A stretch of DNA of 64,000 bases, taken from positions 96,534,001 through 96,598,000 of the forward strand of contig NC_043001.1 of assembly GCF_006345805.1 (NCBI RefSeq), in the 5' to 3' direction. The position numbers were made by a program, and so were the translations under genes. Source of the stretch: Octopus sinensis. Lineage: Eukaryota. Positions 13,576 through 26,366 of the stretch are shown here, piece by piece (positions within the stretch are counted from its first letter, which is position 1; each line of letters starts with the position of its first letter). The notes under the pieces were generated by a model that was not told the DNA's origin, searched no databases, and saw only the letters and a program-made list of their open reading frames with translations.

Positions 13576-14854
13576 AAACTAAAGTAATGAAATATATACA
13601 CTGGAGATCAAATGGAGTTGACAGAAAAAGGAAGAGTTCTTTGCAGCTCTGCTGTCTGGAAACGTGTGAGTTCTAGCATATCTTGTGCATTTGAAGATTT
13701 TCTTGTAAATTTCTCACTTTCTTCGATGTTTCTCAATGTTGTCATCATCAATGATCATCATCAGCAACTTTTTAAATAAAGGCGGTTCTTATGAACTGTC
13801 TGAAGTTTCTGCTATAATAATAGCGGCAGTTATCGTTTTTGATAATACAGGCACCGTATGTTGTCTTCTACGATTGTCTAATAGCGAATCCTTCCCAATT
13901 TTAGAAGAGGGGGTGAGTGAAAGAGAAAGAGAAGAGCCGCGAGAGAGGGAGGAAGAGATAAGGCGAGAGGGGACTGAGACACATTGAGAGTGTGAGAGAG
14001 AGAAGAATTAGCGCCATTGCTTGACACGTACTTTCTTAATCGATGAAGAATAAAATTCAACTCGAAGTGTTTTGAACTTAAAGCGTATAAATATAGAACA
14101 AATACCGTAGGACATTGTATCCAACTTTCCATCGGCGGTATCAATTCACCGTGTTAAGAGCAGGTTAATTTGATTTTATGAAATAACACACTCGACAGCA
14201 GACGCACAATACTTATAATATATAGGTACTTGAAGGTAGAGAGCAGGCAAAATCGTTATCAAACCTGGCGAAATGCTTAGCGGCGTCTTGTCTGTCTTTA
14301 GGTTCTGAGGTCAAATACCGCCGAGCTCGGCTTTGCCCTCCATTCTATCGGGATGAAAGACAAAGTCGATAACATAAGCACCAGTTGAGCACTAGGGCTT
14401 GCCTTAATCACTGTCCCGAAATTTCTGGCCTTGTGCCAAAATTTGAAACCAATATATACATATTTGATAAACACGAACGCAGGAACGCACACATACTATT
14501 GTATAGGTATATGTACACGTGTAAATGTAATGTTAATGTAATGGTATAAAATTAAATACAGAGCAATTTTGATAGTTTATAGCCAAAACTTTGCGGTAAA
14601 CAGATTTGTATTTGTATTCCTGTGTTTTAAAACGAGCAAAAACTATATAATATTGAAGATAAGATAAATGACAAAGACAAAAGAATAAAGACATTGATTA
14701 TATGTGACAGCAACATGAATCCAGCCAGATGGTTTGTAGAAGAATTTAATAAATTCATCTGTGATAAAGAGTGGAGAAGCTAACGTTTTGGGAGCAAATC
14801 GTTCGTAAGTATGTGAGGAAAATACTTGATTAATTTTCAGTGTTTCAAGAATTC

Positions 14855-15005
14855 AGTTGCAGCGTGGAAGGTGTTTATAAGCCATTTAAGAAACACAAAA
14901 ACCGTTAGATTCACTTCAACAGTTAAATTTAATTTGCCAAGATATTTTCGTCGCTTTGAGACCGCGACCTCTTCACTGACAAAATTCCGTGGTGCATCTC
15001 AAGAA
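14855..15005 (-). mobile_element. Short HHR-bearing repeat (PLE terminal-repeat-like), copy 1
   Basis: Homologous to 36499-36648. The minus strand at 14933-14983 reads TTTGTCA GTGAAGA G GTCGC..GCGAC GAAA ATATCT TGGCAAA. Confidence 0.65.
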
Positions 15006-15163
15006 TTGTTATATATATATATATATAGCCGAACGTAGAGTTTACTCTATTATTATTATTACTGATATTACCCAATAAGTATTTGATACGCTTCTCATTT
15101 TCGTTATATCAAGCAATCAAATCAGATATTGTATAATGTTCTCTTTTACCTTTGAGTGCTATA

Positions 15164-15222
<59 letters not shown>

Positions 15223-15269
15223 CATGTATGTATGTATGTATATATATATAAATGAACGTCTTTAGTGAA

Positions 15270-15647
15270 GGCCCAATGGCTCAGAGGTTAGGGCAGCTGA
15301 CTTGCTGTCGTAGGATCGTGGGTTCGATTCCCAGACCGGGTGTTGTGTTTATTGAGCGAAAACACATAAAGCTCCACGAAGCTCCGGCAGGAGGTGGTGG
15401 CGAACCCTGCTGTATGTACTATTTCACCAAAACTTCCTCTCACTCTTTTTTCTTGTTTCTGCTGTACCTGTATTTCAAAGGGCCAGCATTGTCACATTCT
15501 GTGTCACGCTGAATCTCCCCAAGATCCATGTTGAGGGTACACGTGTCTGTGGAGTGCTGAGCCACATACACAGTAATTTCACGAGCAGGCTGTTCTGTTG
15601 ATCGGATCAACTGGAACCCTCACCGTCGTAACCGACGGAGTGCCACG
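15270..15647 (+). mobile_element. tRNA-derived SINE family C with 3' module 1
   Basis: A-box TGGCTCAGAGG, B-box GGTTCGATTCC, body AAAGCTCCACG..., tail ending GTAACCGACGGAGTGCCAC. Confidence 0.85.
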
Positions 15648-15897
15648 AAAGTACATCTTTATATTACAATTTTTCATAGGGTGGCAAATTGGCAGAATAG
15701 TTAGAGCACAGGGAAAAATATATTCAAGGGATTTCTTCCGGCGCTTTGCATTCTGATTCTGCCGAGGTCAGCTTTACCTTTTATTATTTTCCTGTCAGTA
15801 AATTAAGTTCTGCTCAGGTATTGTCGAATTAATCGACTCGACTCGCTACTCTGGCATTATTCCTAAATTAAAATCCATTTCCGTATGTATTTAATAT

Positions 15898-17584
15898 ACT
15901 CTATTCTTTTATTTGTTCCAGTCATTTCACGGCGGCCATGCTGGGGCACCGCCGTTAGTCGAGCAAATCGACCCCTGGACTTATTCTTTGTAAGTTTAGT
16001 ACTTATTCTTTCGTCTATTTTGCCGGACCGCTAAGTTACGGGGACTTAAACACACCAGCATCAGTTGTCAAGCGATGGTGGTGGGGGAGAGAAACACAGA
16101 CACAGAACTTACACACACACACACACACACACACTTACATACACATACATACATGGTGGCCGTCCACTCGTGACCGAGGAAGACCATTGCCGACCTTCAG
16201 GAACATTGTGCGCTCTAGAACTAACTTATATTTTGCATTTGCGGCTCCGTTGGTGGCTAATGAGCCCTTCTCTTGACAAGCATACACGACTGCAAACATT
16301 GCAGACCAAGCTTTCCCCATTCACTATAGGAGCCGTGCGCTTTCCCGCAGCTCGCTTAAGTTCTTCATGCTGGATACGTGCTCTCTCAAAAGTGTCGATC
16401 CCCTCCTTAACCTGCTTCCTCCATCTGTGGCGATGACAGGCATTGTTCTCCCAGTCAGTGTCCTGCATATCAAAGGCCTTTAACGAGGACTTGACACAGT
16501 CCTTAAATCGCAGCCTTGGTTTCTGCCGGAGTCTCCTTCCATTCACAAGTTCTCCATAGAGCATCTGCTTAGGAATCCTTCTATCCTCCATTCTAATAAG
16601 GTGTCCAGTCCAACGCAACCGGTGCTTGTGTACCATCGCCTCAATACTCAAGATATCAGCTGTCCTCAGGATCTGTGTGTCTGGAATTTTTGAGGTCCAG
16701 CCAACATTAAGAATGTGTCTGAGACGTCTCTGATGAAAACGTTCAAGGACCCTGACCTAACGTTTGTACAGAGTCCATGTCTCACATGAGTAGAGAAGCG
16801 ATGCCAGTACACAAGCACGGTACACAGCAGCTTTTGTTCTCCTTGCGATGCCATGTTGGGACCAGACACGAGACTGAAGAGACCGGAAGGAATTAGTTGC
16901 TCTCTGCAACTTGAAAGATATTTCCTCATCCAGGGAGCAAGAACGGTTGAATGTGCTGCCCAGGTAGACAAACTTGTCTACTACCTTCAGAATCGTTCCT
17001 TCAACCAAGATAGCTGGTTCTATATATGGATTTCCTGGTGCAGGCTGGAACATTACAACAGTCTTGTCCAGGCTAATGCTGAGTCCAAATGCCCTGCAAG
17101 AAGCAGAAATGCAATTCATGAGTATTTGCATGTCATCCACTGTATGAGTGACTAAGTCACAGTCATCTGCATAAAGGAGGTCACGAATAGTAGACTGGGA
17201 AACCTTTGAATTGGCAGCAAATCGGCGAAGATTAAAGAGGCGGCCAGAAGATCGATATCTGACATATATTCCCAGAGAGCTAACCTTAGCAAAAGCATGA
17301 GTAAAAGTAGCAGCAAAGTACAAAGAAAAGAGAGTTGGGGCAAAGATGTCACCCTGCTTAACACCATTCTCTACAGGAATGGGTCCTGCCATGGCACCAC
17401 CAACATTGACCCAAGCCTCCATCCCATCATGAAATGATTTAATTATTGATACAAAGTGATCCGGACATCCAAGTTTGCCAAGTATTTTCCATAGAAAGGC
17501 CCTATTTACAGTATCAAAGGCCTTAGTTAATCAATGAATACCTGGATACACACACACTTACATACACATACATACATACATACA

Positions 17585-17620
<36 letters not shown>

Positions 17621-17753
17621 TACACGATGGGCTTCGTTCAGTTTCCATCTACCAAATCCACTCACAAGGCTTTGGTCGGCTCGAGGCTATAGTAGAAGAA
17701 ACTTGCCTAAAATGCCTCGCATAGGACTGTACCATATGATTGGGAAGCAAGCT
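15898..17753 (-). mobile_element. SINE family A split by an RTE insertion
   Basis: 3' half at 15898-16154 and 5' head at ~17620-17753, with the internal microsatellite interrupted. Confidence 0.85.
16155..17547 (-). mobile_element. 5'-truncated RTE-clade LINE (RT and C-terminal domain pseudogene)
   Basis: FID/LTKAFDTVNR (frameshifted), GVKQGD..AP.LF, DLLYADD, FVYLGS, LLYSCETW, RLRWTGHLIRM..RIPKQMLYGEL, C-terminal CxxC..H zinc finger. One in-frame stop at 16757-16759. Flanked by an identical 30-nt direct repeat (16125-16154 and 17548-17577). Confidence 0.95.
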
Positions 17754-17926
17754 ACTGTATTTAATTTAATTGGCTATAAAAGCCGTACACAGAGGTAGTA
17801 ACTGCGGCCCGTACAAAACACAAGATAAATGAATGATAAAGCAAATTATGAAATTGGTGAGGGAATGCAAGTGATACCCGCCGATCGCTGCTTCTCGAAA
17901 ACATTGTTCTTGGTTTCTTCTTTTAA

Positions 17927-18150
17927 CAAATTGAGGTTATAAACCTCTTACATTAATTCGATTGCACCCAAGGTCCTTACAAATGAGGCACTAAGCCTCT
18001 TACATCTTTCATAATAACAGATTGAGGTTATAAACCTCTTACTTTAAATCAATTGGACCCAAGTTTCTTACAAATGAGGCACTGAGCGTCTTACATTTTT
18101 TTAATAATGGGCCATATGCCTCTACAATACGAGGCACTAAGACTCTTAAT
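17927..18150. repeat. ~90-bp tandem repeat (2 copies plus a partial)
   Basis: ATTGAGGTTATAAACCTCTTAC...CTTACAAATGAGGCACT repeated. Confidence 0.8.
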
Positions 18151-19251
18151 CATTTTCCGCCCCGCCGGTACCCGACCAACTGCGTCTTCGGATTTCTTCA
18201 ATTCAAGAGCGCTGCGAAACCAACGTCTTCACAATACCAGTGCAAAGACAACAGATTCACGCATGCGCAGTAAGCAAGCTGCTAACCACACAGCCAATCC
18301 TGTGAATTGTATAATTGTGTTTTATTTTTGGCTTTTAAAGAATATTTTAAACAATCGTATATATCAAACATTGTTTCGTGAAAACGAATCCAAAATTCTT
18401 CTAATTTAAAAAAAATAAATACGGACGCTACTCACTATTAATTCTAAAATTAATTACAATTGTACAGTTTGGCACAGTAGTTATCAAATTGCTTACCGCG
18501 GCCATTTGACGCACCAAAGGGAGCATCTGAGTACAATCGTAGATTTTCAAAAATATTATTTAAAGCTTCAGAGAGTCCATACTAAAAGCAAGCTTTAGAA
18601 ATGCGTTATTCATATGTTCATTATTCACATAGATACATAATAAAACGGGAACAACAATGATACGGTGTCTTTTTAAACTCAAAATATTTAAAATTCTAAT
18701 GCACAAAGCACCAGGAGTAATCTTTTGGTTTTCATACGAACTGTTGCATTATTTTTGATTGTACTACCACGATTGATCTTGGATAAAGTGAAATCTAATA
18801 TAAAAATCGAAAACCAAGAAAATTGATAGCAACAAGGATGGCAGCCGACATCGATGGCAGGCGACAGCGAAGACAATCGAACAAAACGTCTTTCTTTCTC
18901 TACCTATTGTCAGTCTCTACATAAAGAACGAGTGTTTTACTTTTCATAAAAGTCTTCGAACATTTTGTAAACAATGTATGATTTAGACTTTGAAACGAAA
19001 AATAATAAATTATAAAGCCAACAACAACTGGATTAATAGAATTTGCTGTATAAAATGATAAACGCACTTTAAATAACAATATCGAGAGCATAAAACTAAA
19101 AGAGTAAAAAATGTTCTTGCTTCAAAACTTATCTATTTATTACTTACACCGATTAACTATGTATTTTTGTTCATTTTCTTCCATTTTCATTTCCAAATGT
19201 GAATCTAAGAATCTTCATTAAACCTATCCATAAGCATACGCCATCACACAA

Positions 19252-19289
<38 letters not shown>

Positions 19290-19493
19290 AACACTGAATC
19301 CCAACAAAACAAATGTCTTACCTTACAGTTGCGTCTTCAGATTTTTTCAGTTCAAGAGCGCTGCGAAAGCAACGTCTTGACAATACCAGTGCAAAAGCAA
19401 CAGACTCACGCATGCGCAGTAAGCAAGCTACTAACTACACAGCCACTCTTGCGAGTTGTATAATTTTTTTTCTTTTTTTGCTTTTAAAGAAGT

Positions 19494-19786
19494 GGTTAGG
19501 GCAGCGGACTCGCGGTTGTAGCATCGCGGTTTCGATTCCCAGACTGGACGTTGCGAGTGTTTATTGAACGAAAACACCTAAAGCTCCACTCGGCTCCGGC
19601 AGGGTGGTGGTGGCGATCTCTTCTGTACTCTTTCGCTACAATTTTCTCTCACTCTTTCTTCTGTTGGCCTGCTCGCTTAGCCAGCGGGGTGGCGTCATTT
19701 GAAGGCTAAAACAATGCGAAGCGCATTGTGATCAGCGATATGTAGCAACATCTGATAGCCTGCTCGGTCACGGTGATCACGGTGAT
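19494..19786 (+). mobile_element. SINE family C with 3' module 2
   Basis: Same head and body as 15270, then a different tail (GGCTAAAACAATGCGAAGCGCATTGTG...GGTCACGGTGAT). Confidence 0.8.
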
Positions 19787-19799
19787 ATACATACATACC

Positions 19800-19852
<53 letters not shown>

Positions 19853-19924
19853 TATTTTATGTGTTTCAGTCAGGTGGCTGTGGTCATGCTGGAGCACATA
19901 TTTATACACCCGTGCACAAAACTG

Positions 19925-20240
19925 ACATTTCCGTCGGTTGCGACAATGCGTGTTCCAGCTGATCCAATTAACGGAATAGCCTGCTCATGAAATAAACGTG
20001 CAAGAGACTGAACAATCAACGAACACAAATACCCTTAACGCAGTTCTCATGAGAACTCAATATAGCACAGAATGTGACACGGCTGGCCCTTTGAATTACA
20101 GGTCCCATTCATTTTTTTTTCCAGCTGAGTGGACTGGAGCAACATGAAATGAAGCGCCATGCTCAAGGTGATAGCGCACCGGAATTGAACTCGCGAGCGT
20201 AGGATCGTGAGCTTACAGCCTTAACCATTAAGCTACATGC
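19925..20240 (-). mobile_element. CORE-like SINE (family D head) carrying 3' module 1
   Basis: Tail is homologous to 15465-15647; head and core resemble 32829-32970. Confidence 0.7.
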
Positions 20241-20365
20241 TTTCACACAAAACACACAACACCAATGAAATATAATTTCAATATCGGTTACATTTGTTTC
20301 AGTTTTATGCAGCTTCGATTCGCATCACACATGACACATCATGTGTGGTAAACTATTCAAGACTT

Positions 20366-20542
20366 CAGTTCTATATTTAAGGAATGAGGAATTATGTACA
20401 TTATTTACATTTGTCGGATATTTGTCCTCATCATGTTAGTTGTTAACACAACGTTTCGGCTGATATACCCTCCAGCCTTCATCAGTTGTCTTGGGGAAAT
20501 TTCGAACCTGGGTTTTCATTCGTAAGGTATGTAAATAATGTG
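20366..20542 (-). mobile_element. 5'-truncated HHR-bearing element (family E) with 10-bp TSD
   Basis: TTCAAGACTT at 20356-20365 and 20543-20552. Internal sequence is homologous to 55684-55830. Confidence 0.8.
20445..20491 (-). ncRNA. Minimal type-I hammerhead ribozyme motif, canonical core
   Basis: GACAA CTGATGA A GGCTG gagggtatat CAGCC GAAAC GT T GTGTT. Palindromic AACGTT stem III. The stem I closing pair is mismatched in this copy. Confidence 0.75.
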
Positions 20543-20789
20543 TTCAAGACTTGCTCGAAAACAATTGTAACCAATATTAATCTTGTACTACACAGATATA
20601 TTCAGCTTGAATATGCTTATTTATGTAATTTTAAGAATCTACATACTCGTTCTATCATCCTTTAAACTCCCTGAACAAACGGACCACAGTTTAAGGAATA
20701 ACAAATACTAGCCTTAATGCGTAGATAACGATGGGAATTCGTATTGAGTACTGGACATGGAATATATCGAAATTTTACCAAATCCATTA

Positions 20790-21120
20790 TGTATTGGTCA
20801 GTGACTAGAACATCGGGATCAAAATCATGAGGTAGTGAGTTCGATTCCCGGACCAGGCTGTGTTGCGTTCTTGAGCAAAATGCTTTATTTCATGGTGCTC
20901 TAGTTGCCGCAACGGTGGAAATGTGTTGCGACATCACGGGTGACAAGCTGTATCGGCCTTTGCCTTTCCACTGGATAATATGGGTGGTGTATGTAGGAGA
21001 GGGTGTTATGCATGGGTGACTGCCAGTCTTCCATAAACAACCTTTTCCGGATTTCTGCCTCGTAGGGGAACTTTCTAGGTGCAATCCCATGGTGATTCAT
21101 GACCGAAGTGGGTCTTTAAC
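20790..21120 (+). mobile_element. CORE-like tRNA SINE (family D)
   Basis: GTTCGATTCC B-box, TTCTTGAGCAA core, homologous to 32829-33170. Confidence 0.8.
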
Positions 21121-21160
21121 CTTTGTACCTATGTGTATGTATGTATTATAAATATATGAC

Positions 21161-21253
<93 letters not shown>

Positions 21254-21255
<2 letters not shown>

Positions 21256-21533
21256 AGGCAGATGGCCTAGTGGTTAGAGCAACAGATTCGCGGTCGAGGA
21301 TCGCGGGTTCGAATCTCAGACTGGGCGATGTGTGTTTATGAGCGAAGCACCTAAGCTCCACGCGGTAATGGCGAACTTCTGCTGACTCTTTCGGCACAAC
21401 TCTCCTTTTCCTCCTGCATCTTGCAGCTCACCTGCAACGGACCGGAGTCCCGTCCAGGTGGGGAGCCTATACGCCAAGGAAACCGAGAAACCAGCCCTTA
21501 TGAGCCAGGCATGGCTCGAGAAGGAACAAACAA
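21254..21533 (+). mobile_element. SINE family C with 3' module 3 (V-domain-like); duplicated at 22100-22380
   Basis: Head TGGCCTAGTGG / GGTTCGAATCT. CCTGCAACGGACCGGAGTCCCGTCCAGG resembles the V-SINE domain. Confidence 0.75.
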
Positions 21534-21630
21534 ATATATATATATATATAATATATATATAACACACACACACACACACACCACACACACACACACACAC
21601 AGATACATATATATACATATAAACACATTC

Positions 21631-21696
<66 letters not shown>

Positions 21697-21793
21697 CGGG
21701 AAGCTTTATGAAAATAAACAAAAGACGAAGGCAGGTGGAAAACAAACGAACAATTGTATTAGTATGGCGCTCAGGAAATATAAATAAAACAAG

Positions 21794-21831
21794 TCTTTAA
21801 CGTTTCGAGCCTACGCTCTTCAACAGAAAGA
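21794..21831 (-). ncRNA. Minimal HHR motif in PLE terminal repeat (A6U core); identical copy at 22616-22653
   Basis: TCTTT CTGTTGA A GAGC gtag GCTC GAAAC GT T AAAGA. Confidence 0.7.
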
Positions 21832-22375
21832 TACACAGAGAGAGAAAAACACAGAAAGAAGGAGAGAAAAAAAATGCGTGCAGTAGCTAACGAATCAACA
21901 TGGCGATCTGATTTCGGCCAGAGGTCAAAGATCAAACATGAGACGCGAGAGCGAAATAAGGGGAGATAATAGGGTTGATAAAAGGGTTGAGGGACCAGCT
22001 AAAAGTGCGTGGGAGGGGTCTGGATGTGTGTATGTATAGGGTTGGTGTATGTATTAGTATGTATAAGGGTGTGTGTGTGTGTGTGTGGTGTGTGTGTGTG
22101 GAGGCAGATGGCCTAGTGGTTAGAGCAACAGATTCGCGGTCGAGGGATCGCGGGTTCGAATCTCAGACTGGGCGATGTGTGTTTATGAGCGAAGCACCTA
22201 AGCTCCACGCGGTAATGGCGAACTTCTGCTGACTCTTTCGGCACAACTCTCCTTTTCCTCCTGCATCTTGCAGCTCACCTGCAACGGACCGGAGTCCCGT
22301 CCAGGTGGGGAGCCTATACGCCAAGGAAACCGAGAAACCAGCCCTTATGAGCCAGGCATGGCTCGAGAAGGAACA

Positions 22376-22453
<78 letters not shown>

Positions 22454-22480
22454 TACATATATATACATATAAACACATTC

Positions 22481-22516
<36 letters not shown>

Positions 22517-22518
<2 letters not shown>

Positions 22519-24803
22519 CGGGAAGCTTTATGAAAATAAACAAAAGACGAAGGCAGGTGGAAAACAAACGAACAATTGTATTAGTATGGCGCTCAGGAAA
22601 TATAAATAAAACAAGTCTTTAACGTTTCGAGCCTACGCTCTTCAACAGAAAGATACACAGAGAGAGAAAAACACAGAAAGAAGGAGAGAAAAAAAATGCG
22701 TGCAGTAGCTAACGAATCAACATGGCGATCTGATTTCGGCCAGAGGTCAAAGATCAAACATGAGACGCGAGAGCGAAATAAGGGGAGATAATAGGGTTGA
22801 TAAAAGGGTTGAGGGACCAGCTAAAAGTGCGTGGGAGGGGTCTGGATGTGTGTATGTATAGGGTTGGTGTATGTATTAGTATGTATAAGGGTGTGTGTGT
22901 GTGTGTGTGTGTGTATGAGAGAGTATTAGTGCGTAAGATTGGTCTGGACGTGCGTATGTATGGGGTTCGTGTATGTATTAGTATGTATTAGTATGTATTA
23001 GTACGTATTGGTATGTATAGGTATGTGTGTGTGTGTGAGAGAGTATAAGTGCGTATGCGGGGTCTGGACGTGTGTATGTATAGGGTTGGTGTAAGTATTA
23101 GTATGTACTAGTATGTATTAGTACGTATTAGTTGGTGTGTGTATTAGTATGGCACATCATATGTGATGTGATGTGTAAAGTCATGTGGTGTAGTGAGGAG
23201 AAGAGGGGGAGGGGGAGAAGAGGGGGGAGAGAAGGGGAGGGGAAGAAGAGGGGGAGGAGAAGGGGGAAGAGGAGAGGATGGGGAGAAGGAAGGGGAGGAG
23301 GGGGATGAAGGAGGAAAGAGGGAGAGGGGGAGAGAGGGAGTGAGGGAGCAGAGGGAAGGGGAAGAGGGAGGGAGAAAGAGGGAAGAAGGGAAGGGGAGTA
23401 GGGGTGAAAGGATGAAGGACTGAAGAAGTAGGGGTCGGGGGGAGAAAGGATAGGTGAGGAGGGGGGAGAGGGGGGTTAGATGAGGAGGGGGGAGAGTTGA
23501 GACCAAATGGCGTATAAGAGCGAAGAGAGAAGATTAATTCCTGTTCACGGCGCAAACGGGAATCCGGATGGCCTCTGTGTAAGGACAAACCGAACACAGA
23601 TAGGTGTTGCAAGGAGTGACCGGTGGAGCGGAAATGGCGTGAGACCGGTGTGTCGTTCGCAAGGTGGATGTCACGAAGGTGTTCCGCGAACCGGTCAGCC
23701 AAGCGGCGTCCCGTTTGTCCGATGTACAAGGAATTGCAGAGAGAGCAAGAGATGCAATAGATAATATTGCTGGAGGTGCAGGTGAAGGAGTGGATGATGG
23801 GATAGGGTCGATGGTGGGTGCTAGTGAGGCGGGTGGTGTTGGAGAGGTAAGGGCAAGTGCGGCAACGTGGGCGGGAGCAGGGGAACGAGCCGGGTTGGGA
23901 GGTAGGGTCAGGGAAGGAGCTATGGACCAAAAGGTCTCGAAGGTTGTGGGCTCGTTTGAAAGAGGGGAGGGGTCGGTTAGGGAAGAGGTGTGAAGTGGAC
24001 GGGTCGGACTGGAGATGACGGAAAGCTCGAAGAATGGTGCGTTGGAGACGTAGGGTCGTGAGGTGGTAAGTGAGGGGAAAAGGGAGGCGGGAGACTACAG
24101 GGCGGGTTCGGGGAGAGAGAGCAGATACACGGTCCACGGACCGTGCTCTGGCAAGGGCGGTGTGGATAGTGGTGAGGGGGTATCCACGTAGGGTGAAGTG
24201 GTGAGCCATACGTTGAGACTGAGTCTCAAGTCATGGTCGTCACTACAGAGCCTACGTAGACGGAGGAATTGGGAATAGGGAATGGAAAGCTTGGTGTGTT
24301 CTGGGTGGGAGGAAGAGAAGTTGAGGTATGAGTGTGAGTCTGTGTGTTTGTAGTGAATGGAGGTGGTAAGAGTGGAGTGAAGAATGCTAACCGAAATGTC
24401 GAGGAAGGAGACAGAGGTGTTGGAGATAGTGGAAGTGAAGTGGAGGGCTGGATGGAAAGATTGGACGAAAGAGAGGAAGGAATCTAGATGTTCGCGGGAG
24501 AGTGAGGTGGCACCGATAATGTCGTCAATATAACGACCATATAGTTCAGGAGTGGGACCAGTGAAATTAGAGAATATTTGGGCCTCAACATAGCCAACGA
24601 ACAGGTTCGCATAGTTGGGGCCCATTCGCGTTCCCATGGCCACTCCCGAGACCTGATGGTAGAACTCGCCCGCGAACGAGAAGCAGTTCAGAGTAAGGAC
24701 AAGTTCGGCCAGACGAATGAGTGTGGAGGTGTCAGGTACAGGGTTAGAGCGGAGGTCAAGAAAGTGTCGAAGGGCCTGCAGTCCTTCGTGGTGAGGGATA
24801 ACA

Positions 24804-24804
<1 letters not shown>
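22517..24804 (-). mobile_element. 5'-truncated Penelope-like element: RT C-terminal half, GIY-YIG endonuclease, 3' region with HHR
   Basis: GVAMGTRMGPNYANLFVG, RYIDD, SVSFLD, IPYSQFLRLRRLCS, then after a frameshift near 24220 CxxPRCxTC, NIIYCISC..C..LYIGQTGRRLADRFAEH. Both ends abut (TA)n. Confidence 0.95.
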
Positions 24805-24860
<56 letters not shown>

Positions 24861-25085
24861 CTAGTGACATGACTATCAATCAATTTCATAAAGCAAATTG
24901 AGAGTTCCAAAACGCAAAGCACCAGTTTATATTCCGTTCTTTCAAAAGCTTCGCAATGATTACGCACTTATTTTCCTTTTACGCTATTATTTAATACCCC
25001 ACATACAAACATGAAAGGAAAGAATAACAATATATCAATATTGTGGAAATAATCTAATACATGTGATATGAATATCTCCATTGTA

Positions 25086-25119
<34 letters not shown>

Positions 25120-26366
25120 CAAATATATGGCTTGCGATTTTCGTTTTTTATTCGTATGAATTTCCTTTTAAGTAGGAAGGAAATAAACTTTTGTAAACAG
25201 ACTATTTTTTATACGCCACCTATTTTTACTTTTGAAGATGTTCAATCGCTAAACTCCCCATTAATCTTTTACCATTTACCACAGTCGTTATAGCACTTGC
25301 CTCAAAGAACACGATAAAGAATAGTCCACCGTTTTCTGTCTCTCCGCAGTCCATCACATAACTGCCGGAAGCTGATTGCTGCCAATCATTTACCACGGGC
25401 AAAAAGAAAAGAAAGATGAAGACTTCGGTTGTTTAACCGTTTTTACGTGAATCTGAGGGAGTCCCTGAGTCAGTGGCCATGTCAACGTTGTTTACCAGTT
25501 TCTATGCTGCCGTTTACCCACGTTTTAACAGAATAGCGAACGGGGCATAATAAGAGGATAATAGTAGCGAAATTTTCATATCGGCTTCACAGCTTAGATA
25601 CGCATAGTATTTATAAAAATATCGAAAACTGTTCGAAAATTTGTACCTGACGCTAAAGACAAGAATCAACGAAAGGCAAAATTCACCATCAACTTAGAAC
25701 ACTCACGGGCACATACAGAATAAAACTGCTGCAAAAAAATTTGTCCGACGTTCTAACAATTCTGAATGCCATTACAAAATATATCTAGCATGACTATATT
25801 AGTAACGTGTATTTTAACTGAATATCACCACTCTTTTTAGTTGCACTATGAAATCGACCTACAAACAACTCAAGGTCTTTCTTTAACAGAGCCCTATATA
25901 TTTGTTATAGATTCGTTGTGTTTGAATACAAACCTCATTTCCCATTACTTTGCTGCGGGTATTTTAATTTGTTTAGTTTGTTTTATAAGGCACCGTATTA
26001 TCGTCTAGAACGATTTTAGGCTGCCGTTTTCTAGACACTGGGGCCACATTCGTAGCGCTGCGCCGTGACTAGTCACCTCCCCAAACATAGACCACTTACT
26101 GCAGCAAATTCAAAACGACTGTATTTCCCAAATAAAACCTAAATAACTCATAATTTTGGGGGTCTTTATTATTACATCCTTTGTCCCATTTTGACCACTC
26201 TATTATCGCCCCACTTTTCTTCAACGCACCCTGGATCTTTAAATAGCACCCCCCAGGAGGAATACCGCCCACTTCGGGAATCACTGGTCTAGAACAGTAC
26301 TTCACAGTCATTTCTGTACATGGGCCTCTTTGGTCTTTATTTAACTCTAGAAAAAAAAAATACTAT

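Larger units (their letters stand above)
21225..22915. repeat. ~840-bp tandem duplication (SINE C, microsatellites and PLE 3' end)
   Basis: ~21225-22085 is near-identical to ~22085-22915 apart from microsatellite lengths. Confidence 0.9.

Noticed and set aside
13570-14150. Unique GA-rich stretch that might be a promoter or terminal exon
   Set aside because: No recognisable protein, only short ORFs and no convincing splice pair.
23193-23993. Plus-strand Gly/Glu/Arg-rich ORFs
   Set aside because: They are antisense shadows of the PLE ORF and its CT-rich 3' region.
25331-25560. Strong acceptor TTTTCTGTCTCTCCGCAG followed by unique sequence
   Set aside because: All frames close quickly and no clear donor follows; a UTR exon cannot be excluded but is unsupported.
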